From the NCBI GenBank assembly GCA_041178085.1, contig JBEGVZ010000100.1:1-12022 (forward strand): DNA of 12,022 nucleotides, read 5' to 3'. The position numbers and the translations under genes were made by a program. Each line of letters starts with the position of its first letter. The stretch's first letter is position 1. Of the stretch, positions 6,721 to 12,022 are shown in pieces. The DNA is from Pseudomonadota bacterium. Lineage in GTDB: Bacteria > Bdellovibrionota_B > Oligoflexia > Oligoflexales > RGVZ01. The notes beneath the pieces were generated by a model. That model worked only from the letters and a program-made list of their open reading frames with translations, ran no database searches and was not told the DNA's origin.

Positions 6721-8979
6721 CTATCCAGCCTTTGGTGGTGTTTTATTGGATGCGACTTCCGTGGGTGCTGGACTTGCTTTAGCAGCAGCAGCAGGTTTGG
6801 GCTGATTTGCCTCAGGCGCTGCTGCTTTTTTGGGTTTGAAGTAGAGGGGCTTTTCAGCCATCTTCACGGCCCGGTAATCAATGGTGTCAGACAGTTTTAG
6901 TTCCTTGACGACCATGGCCGCCTTTGCCTGCGCCATCTCTGCGACTTTGTTTAATTGCAGGATTCGTTTCCGGGAGAGTTCGTTTGTCTTTGGGATCTCC
7001 AGGTTCAGCGTTCCTTTTCCGTTCAGTGCGTCGGTGATTTTCAGGTTCAGGGCTTTGACTTTTTCGGCAAGGCGGGGATCGCCTTTGGACAGATTCGCAA
7101 GGTCGATTCCATCCATGACAGCCTTGGCGCCTTTCAGATCTCCCTTCCTTGCGAGTGCCATGGCGAGGTTGTAGGTCACTGATGGCGAGAAAGACTTCTG
7201 TCCTGCAGTACCGGAAGTGGGCGCAGCTTGCAGGGCCTGCCGATACAGTTCAACGCCTTTGTTTGGATCGCCTTTCCATGCCATCGTGACGGCCCGGTTG
7301 TTCAAGTGGGCAACGACGTTCATCATGTCGTTTAATTGCTTCAAGACATCGGACGCGGCATCCTGGTCTCCTTTTTCGATCGCCAGCATGGCTTTTGCTT
7401 CCATGACTTTCTCGTTTCCTGTGTCAACAGCGGATGCCTTGTCCATGATTTCGGACGCCTTTTCAAGGTCACCACGGTTCATCTCGACAGCGGCCATTTC
7501 TGCCAGGCGTTCGACGTTGAGTGGTACCTCTGCGTTTGCCTTCTCCAGCCACTTTGAAGCGCGGTCATAGTCACCAAGTGCCGACAGGACTTTGCCCATC
7601 AAGTTATAAAAGTAGGCCCCTCGCGCCCCTAGGGTAAGAGCCTGATGGCAGGCAGCATAGGCATCTTCCAGCTTTGCTTCCGCAAGCTTGATCTCTGCTT
7701 CCGTGGCCTTCTGGTAGACAGTCGGGATCAGCATCGTGGTCAGAGAAGTAGTCCACAACTTCTTCGCTTGTTTGACTTGGCCTTGGCGCATGAGTCCACG
7801 AACCTTTCGGATCGCGCCTTTATATGCTGACGGCATGTTTTCTTCCCTGACTGCGCTTCGAATTCCCTCGACCAAGTGATCAAGGGTAAGCGGTTTGGGA
7901 ATGACAACTGCGGTGCCCAGTTCTTCGAGCAGTCCCTTGTCCTGGGCACCCAGCTGCGCGCTGCAGACAAGGACGGGGATTTCTTGTATTCCGGCCTGCG
8001 CCATCCGTTGTACCAGGGCCATTCCGGAGAGTTTTCGCAACTTCCATTCAGTGACGAGCAAGGTATTTGTTTTGTTAGCCTTGATGTGATTCCAGGCGGC
8101 TTCTCCATCTTCGAATTCATGGAATTGGCTCAGCCCTAGCTGGGTCATCGCATTTTTGACGTGCTGCCGGGATGATGTGTCGGAATCCACAATGACGCAG
8201 TTGCTAACGCCAAATGCTTCCAACACAGAGGATTTTTTTGAGTCAAGCAGCTTCACTTCTTCGGGACTTAAAAGTGGTTTGCCGTCTTCGGTGACCAGTT
8301 GCTGAACTCTTGGGAGCATCGTCTGGTCTGCCCATACAGCTTGCTTCGCCACCTTCTTTGCTTCTTCGACCTTGCCATTCAGGGTCAAACCGTCCGCATA
8401 GCAGTAAAGAACTTCGGCATTCTTCGGTTTCAATTCCACCATCGTCCTGCTCATCTTCAGCAGCTGGGGATGATGACGGTTTGCCTTCAAGAATTTGTAT
8501 GTGTAGTTGAGCGTGATGATTTCACTCTCGAAGTCCATGGTGGTTGCCACATCCATCAGTCGTTGTAAATCACTCTGGATTCCCTCGTTTTGTGAGAGGT
8601 TCTCGGCAGGGTGGAAAGACAGCATTCCGTTCTCGAGCCCGAACTGGACCGCAAATAATTCGTCCTGGGCCGGGATCAGCGACCAATTAACTCCAGAAAG
8701 TTCTGGAGTACGCGAGATCAGCATGCCGAGTTGTAACGCATTGGCTTCTCCCGTAGGGAAAAGCTGGGTCAGAATCCATTTGGGTGGCTTGTTGATGCTG
8801 ACGGCATCCGAGAGCATTTTTACCGCTTCAGCAACATCGGCTGCACCTGTTACGTCGGAAAAGCCAAGCCCCTTCAAAACTTGAACAATCTGGATGCGAA
8901 CGACGCTGGTCGCATGCACCACATACACCGGTGCATCTTTGGTATCGAATATTGTTTTCGTGACGGGCTCATAGCCCAT
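6721..8979 (-). CDS. Tetratricopeptide repeat protein with two degenerate receiver (CheY-like) domains
   Basis: REC1 at about aa 22-135 of the 757-aa ORF (VYVVHA...WILTQL). REC2 at about aa 264-383 (CVIVDSD...EDGEAAW...LLVTEW...SGMALV...PVLVCS...IPKPL). Multiple TPRs (e.g. YFYNLMGKVLSALGDYDRASKWLEKA, LNNRAV...YRQAL, YNLAMALARKG) and a Pro/Ala/Lys-rich tail. GGAG 9 nt before ATG 8979 favours it over TTG 8994. Confidence 0.8.
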   Translation of the reverse strand: MGYEPVTKTIFDTKDAPVYVVHATSVVRIQIVQVLKGLGFSDVTGAADVAEAVKMLSDAVSINKPPKWILTQLFPTGEANALQLGMLISRTPELSGVNWSLIPAQDELFAVQFGLENGMLSFHPAENLSQNEGIQSDLQRLMDVATTMDFESEIITLNYTYKFLKANRHHPQLLKMSRTMVELKPKNAEVLYCYADGLTLNGKVEEAKKVAKQAVWADQTMLPRVQQLVTEDGKPLLSPEEVKLLDSKKSSVLEAFGVSNCVIVDSDTSSRQHVKNAMTQLGLSQFHEFEDGEAAWNHIKANKTNTLLVTEWKLRKLSGMALVQRMAQAGIQEIPVLVCSAQLGAQDKGLLEELGTAVVIPKPLTLDHLVEGIRSAVREENMPSAYKGAIRKVRGLMRQGQVKQAKKLWTTSLTTMLIPTVYQKATEAEIKLAEAKLEDAYAACHQALTLGARGAYFYNLMGKVLSALGDYDRASKWLEKANAEVPLNVERLAEMAAVEMNRGDLEKASEIMDKASAVDTGNEKVMEAKAMLAIEKGDQDAASDVLKQLNDMMNVVAHLNNRAVTMAWKGDPNKGVELYRQALQAAPTSGTAGQKSFSPSVTYNLAMALARKGDLKGAKAVMDGIDLANLSKGDPRLAEKVKALNLKITDALNGKGTLNLEIPKTNELSRKRILQLNKVAEMAQAKAAMVVKELKLSDTIDYRAVKMAEKPLYFKPKKAAAPEANQPKPAAAAKASPAPTEVASNKTPPKAG

Positions 8980-9022
8980 GACGCGATACTCCAATGACTA
9001 AAGGCATTCTGTCTGAGAAGGC

Positions 9023-9050
9023 TGATCGGCCAGGTTGAAGAATCGGTTTA
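9023..9050 (-). promoter_or_regulatory. Candidate sigma28 (FliA/SigD)-type promoter
   Basis: The minus strand reads TAAA-CCGATTCTTCAACCTG-GCCGATCA, i.e. TAAA-N16-GCCGATCA, against the consensus TAAA-N15-GCCGATAA. It ends 43 nt upstream of ATG 8979. Confidence 0.5.
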
Positions 9051-9133
9051 CCCGCGGGCGGGGGCGGGTTCTGTACTCATGCATTACGCATGAAAAGAGT
9101 TCACTTTTTTTTGGATTTACCAATAAGTTGGCA

Positions 9134-9163
9134 GGTTGCGGATCCGGACGCCGGATTGCAGCC
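9134..9163. repeat. Imperfect inverted repeat (hairpin) in the rsmA to TPR-gene spacer
   Basis: GGTTGC-G-GATCCGG ACG CCGGATT-GCAGCC, with a perfect core ATCCGG/CCGGAT. Confidence 0.5.
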
Positions 9164-9204
9164 GTCTGGATTTGCGCAATGATCCCGGCGATTTCTCAGC
9201 AAAT

Positions 9205-9999
9205 CTATTGGGAAAGGAAGCGCGCAAGTTCCACGAACTCGTCAAGCGACAGTGTTTCCGGGCGACGATTCAAATCGACCGGACATTCTGCCTCGATACG
9301 TCCGGAAAGGAATGGCTTCACCGCATTACGCAGTTTTTTTCGCCGCTGGTGAAATGCAGCGCGCGAGACAGTTTCAACCTTTCGCAACAGTTCTGGACCA
9401 AGTGCATGTTTACGGTGATTCATCAGGACAATTGCACTGTCTACTTTGGGGACAGGAGTGAAGAACTCCCTTCCTACCTTGCAATCAAGTGCGACGTTGG
9501 CTCGTAACTGGGTGTAAACGGAAAGGCTGCCATAGTCCTTGGTGCCGGGGCTGGACGCAAGCCGTGCAGCGAACTCAAGTTGTACAAGGAATGTCGCGCC
9601 GGCGATGCGATGCAAATGGGGCAACACCCACATGATGATGGGGGTTGATATGTTGTAAGGAATATTCCCGACAACAGCTGCCTTGCCACCGGATTTCTCC
9701 ACGCGGTCGAGCCACGCACCGAGGTCAAATTCGAGCACGTCACAATTGACGACTTCGACTCCGGGAAGTTGCTGGTCTTTAACTCTCTCTGCAAAGCGAT
9801 CGTCCTTTTCAATCGCCGTCACGTCGAAGCCGGCATTGGACAAGGCTGATGTCAGAATCGCCCCGCCTGGACCAATCTCGATCACGTGCTTTGCGCCCCA
9901 GTCTTGCAAGATCTCGATGGTGCGACGCACGGGCCAGTCATCATTCAGGAACACCTGGCCCAGTGATTTTTTCTGGTGGATGCGATTTTCGTTTCTCAT
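9205..9999 (-). CDS. rsmA: 16S rRNA (adenine1518/1519-N6)-dimethyltransferase RsmA/KsgA
   Basis: Motifs KKSLGQVFL, IEIGPGGAILT, IEKD, VGNIPYNIS, LVQLEFAARL, YGSLS, FTPVPKVDSA, AFHQRRKKLRN and RPETLS. ATG 9999 follows GGGAG and overlaps the tsaD stop (ATGA). Confidence 0.97.
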   Translation of the reverse strand: MRNENRIHQKKSLGQVFLNDDWPVRRTIEILQDWGAKHVIEIGPGGAILTSALSNAGFDVTAIEKDDRFAERVKDQQLPGVEVVNCDVLEFDLGAWLDRVEKSGGKAAVVGNIPYNISTPIIMWVLPHLHRIAGATFLVQLEFAARLASSPGTKDYGSLSVYTQLRANVALDCKVGREFFTPVPKVDSAIVLMNHRKHALGPELLRKVETVSRAAFHQRRKKLRNAVKPFLSGRIEAECPVDLNRRPETLSLDEFVELARFLSQ

Positions 10000-11048
10000 G
10001 TGTGACTCCCGGCGCTGTCCACCTTGTACAGTTCGAACGGATAGCGTGGGTAGACATCCCATCCGTGGTCGAGGAATGCCTTGGCGCCCTCAATTTGCAG
10101 ACGATGCCAGCCAAGTGCTGCGATCATTGCCGCGTTGTCCGAGCAATAAACCATCGCAGGGAAGTGGCAGGGGATGCGGAAAGCCTTTGCTGTCGCAGTG
10201 CGGAAGGCTGAATTGGCGGACACACCACCTGCCACGATGATGCTTTTCACGTGCGGGGCTTGCTTCACCGCAAGTTCCAGTTTGCGGACCAACTGGTCAA
10301 AGGCTGCGCGCTGGAAGGCGGCGCAAAGGTCGTTGATACGCGACTCTTGGAGCGGTGCTGGTTCGCGAGCAATGAGCTGGGCCATGTGGGTTTTGAGGCC
10401 TGAATAACTGAACTCCATCTGCGTTTTGCGCTCAATCATCCGGGGCATCGGAATGGCGTCCGGATTACCGCGTGAAGCATGGCGCTCCACCCAGGGGCCT
10501 CCGGGATAGGGCAGTCCGAGCAATTTTCCGACTTTGTCCAGGCATTCGCCGCAGGCATCGTCCATCGTGTGGGCAATCAATTTGAACTCAAGGGGAGATT
10601 CGACCAGGTACAGGTTGGTGTGGCCGCCAGAGACCACCAGCGCCAGGCAGGGCAGCGCACTTTTCGCTTGCGATTCCTCCAGTCCCAGAAGGCCACCGTG
10701 GATGTGGGCGTGAACGTGATCGACTGGAATTAACGGCTTTCCGGTAGCGCTGGCTAGTCCTTTGGCGAAGGAGACGCCGACGAGAAGCGCTCCCACCAGG
10801 CCAGGTCCCTGGGTGACAGCGATCGCATCGATGTCATTGATGCTTATTTTCGCTTCCGCAAGGGCAGCGTTGAATAGGGGGTTGATCGATGCCAGGTGCT
10901 CCCGCGCAGCGATTTCAGGGACGACCCCGCCAAAGGGGGCGTGCCGCGCAATCTGGGACGAAATTTTGGACGAAAGGACCTCGTGGCCGTTGCGGACGAC
11001 CGCAACAGCTGTCTCGTCGCAGCTGGATTCAATTCCGACGATCAACAT
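9996..11048 (-). CDS. tsaD: tRNA N6-adenosine threonylcarbamoyltransferase TsaD
   Basis: Motifs GIESSCDETAVA, GGVVPEIAAREH, GPGLVGALLVG, HVHAH (metal binding), LVVSGGHT, DDACGECLDK, YPGGP, FSYSGLKT, GGVSAN and CSDNAAMIA. Confidence 0.98.
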   Translation of the reverse strand: MLIVGIESSCDETAVAVVRNGHEVLSSKISSQIARHAPFGGVVPEIAAREHLASINPLFNAALAEAKISINDIDAIAVTQGPGLVGALLVGVSFAKGLASATGKPLIPVDHVHAHIHGGLLGLEESQAKSALPCLALVVSGGHTNLYLVESPLEFKLIAHTMDDACGECLDKVGKLLGLPYPGGPWVERHASRGNPDAIPMPRMIERKTQMEFSYSGLKTHMAQLIAREPAPLQESRINDLCAAFQRAAFDQLVRKLELAVKQAPHVKSIIVAGGVSANSAFRTATAKAFRIPCHFPAMVYCSDNAAMIAALGWHRLQIEGAKAFLDHGWDVYPRYPFELYKVDSAGSHT

Positions 11049-11056
11049 CGTCAGCG

Positions 11057-12022
11057 TTAATGGCCTGCCCGGGAGGTTTTGCCAAGCTCTTTCAGGCGAT
11101 CTTTGGCCTTGCTGGCCTCGGGGGACTTGGGATGCTTGGTGATGAGCTCCTGGTAGTAAATCTTGGCGGTCCCGGGATCACCCAGATTCCGGAACGCATC
11201 ACCCATCCTGAGGCGTGCCTGCGGCAGGTATTTTGCAGCAGGCTTGCTGTCGATGAATTCGTTGTATTGCAGTGCGGCTTCGCGCATCTGGCCAAGTTTG
11301 TAGTGCGATTCCGCCAACATCCAGAAAAGTTCGTCTTTGTCCTTGGGCTTCGATGCGGCCTTGATTGCGGGCGGAGCGTCTTCGATAATGCGCTTGAACT
11401 GTCGTTTGCCAAAAGCCTCCCGGAATTGCTTCACGGTACCCAGGCCTTTGGCATCAGCCTTTTTTCCTTCGTCGGCCTTTTTGATGTCTTTCGCGCTGTC
11501 GCTTTTGATGCCGCGCGATTCCGGTTCCGGACGCGGGCTCTCTTCGCTTGCAGGTTCAGGAGCTTTGTCCTGATTTTTTTCAATCGCACGAGACACATTA
11601 CCGCGCGAGCTGCGCCCGCCCTTGATGTCGACTCCCTGCCGTTCCAGAGCAGAGATCACATCGCCTTGGTTTGCCTCCAGAGAGGCCATTCTTTCAGTCA
11701 AATCGCGCAGTTTGCCACCCACGGTGTTGGCCTGGTCGCCTTCCACGCCGGGCATGAAGCCAGTTGACGCGCCGATCCTGACGGCATCGAGTTCGCCCTT
11801 AAGGCGGTTCATATCACTGTTTAGTTTTTCGATATCCGTGGCAGTCGAGGCAAGGCGTCGCTTCGCAGCCTCACCGGCCGGGGTATTTTCGTCCATGAGG
11901 GCGCTCTCGAGTTGCATCACCCGGGTCTGCAAAGAAAAAATCTCGTCACGCAGTGCGCGTTCCTTGGCCGGGGTGAAGCAGGCGGAAAAAGCCATCAGGG
12001 TCGAGAACGCCAGAACCAGGCG
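11057..12022 (-). CDS. CpoB/YbgF-like coiled-coil plus TPR envelope protein, predicted lipoprotein; 5' end outside the window
   Basis: The frame is open to the window edge and reads RLVLAFSTLMAFSAC (hydrophobic region plus lipobox-like FSAC). It has N-terminal coiled-coil heptads, a charged linker and YbgF-type C-terminal TPRs (FWMLAESHY...PQARLRMGDAF...AKIYYQELITKHPKSPEA). Confidence 0.8.
   Translation of the reverse strand, partial: RLVLAFSTLMAFSACFTPAKERALRDEIFSLQTRVMQLESALMDENTPAGEAAKRRLASTATDIEKLNSDMNRLKGELDAVRIGASTGFMPGVEGDQANTVGGKLRDLTERMASLEANQGDVISALERQGVDIKGGRSSRGNVSRAIEKNQDKAPEPASEESPRPEPESRGIKSDSAKDIKKADEGKKADAKGLGTVKQFREAFGKRQFKRIIEDAPPAIKAASKPKDKDELFWMLAESHYKLGQMREAALQYNEFIDSKPAAKYLPQARLRMGDAFRNLGDPGTAKIYYQELITKHPKSPEASKAKDRLKELGKTSRAGH

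Noticed and set aside
6781..6793. Short (AGC)n trinucleotide run
   Set aside because: It encodes the poly-Ala stretch in the low-complexity tail of the TPR protein, is in frame, and is too short to indicate phase variation.
9035..9507. Two + strand ORFs (9035-9352 and 9136-9507) starting in the intergenic region
   Set aside because: Both have TTG starts without a convincing SD, overlap rsmA extensively in antisense, and show no recognisable protein features.
10704..10718. TsaD metal motif reads HVHAH rather than HxEGH
   Set aside because: Both metal-binding histidines are intact and the middle positions vary naturally in the TsaD/Kae1 family.
10889..11767. 292-aa + strand ORF, along with the other short overlapping ORFs in the track (e.g. 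659-1456 minus, 9683-10240 plus)
   Set aside because: They are antisense or out-of-frame shadows of confidently identified genes and have no family motifs.

Overview
Gene-dense, fairly GC-rich bacterial chromosomal window made mostly of housekeeping genes in two convergent blocks. The + strand block (about 197-6654) encodes an m5U RNA methyltransferase (RlmC/RlmD family), tryptophan 2,3-dioxygenase (kynA), a DapC-like PLP aminotransferase, dapD, a 2Fe-2S ferredoxin and a polytopic GT-C-like membrane protein. The - strand block (12022 down to 6721) encodes a CpoB/YbgF-like TPR lipoprotein (5' end outside the window), tsaD, rsmA and a large protein with two pseudo-receiver domains plus TPRs, preceded by a sigma28-like promoter. 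The gene content loosely suggests a Bdellovibrionota/deltaproteobacteria-like organism, but this is inference only. I saw no mobile element, CRISPR array, rRNA or tRNA, and I cannot support a clear novel system. The best leads are the double pseudo-receiver/TPR protein and its promoter, the kynA-dapC-dapD-fdx-GT-C operon, the orphan GT-C, and the TRAM-less methyltransferase with RlmC-like motifs.
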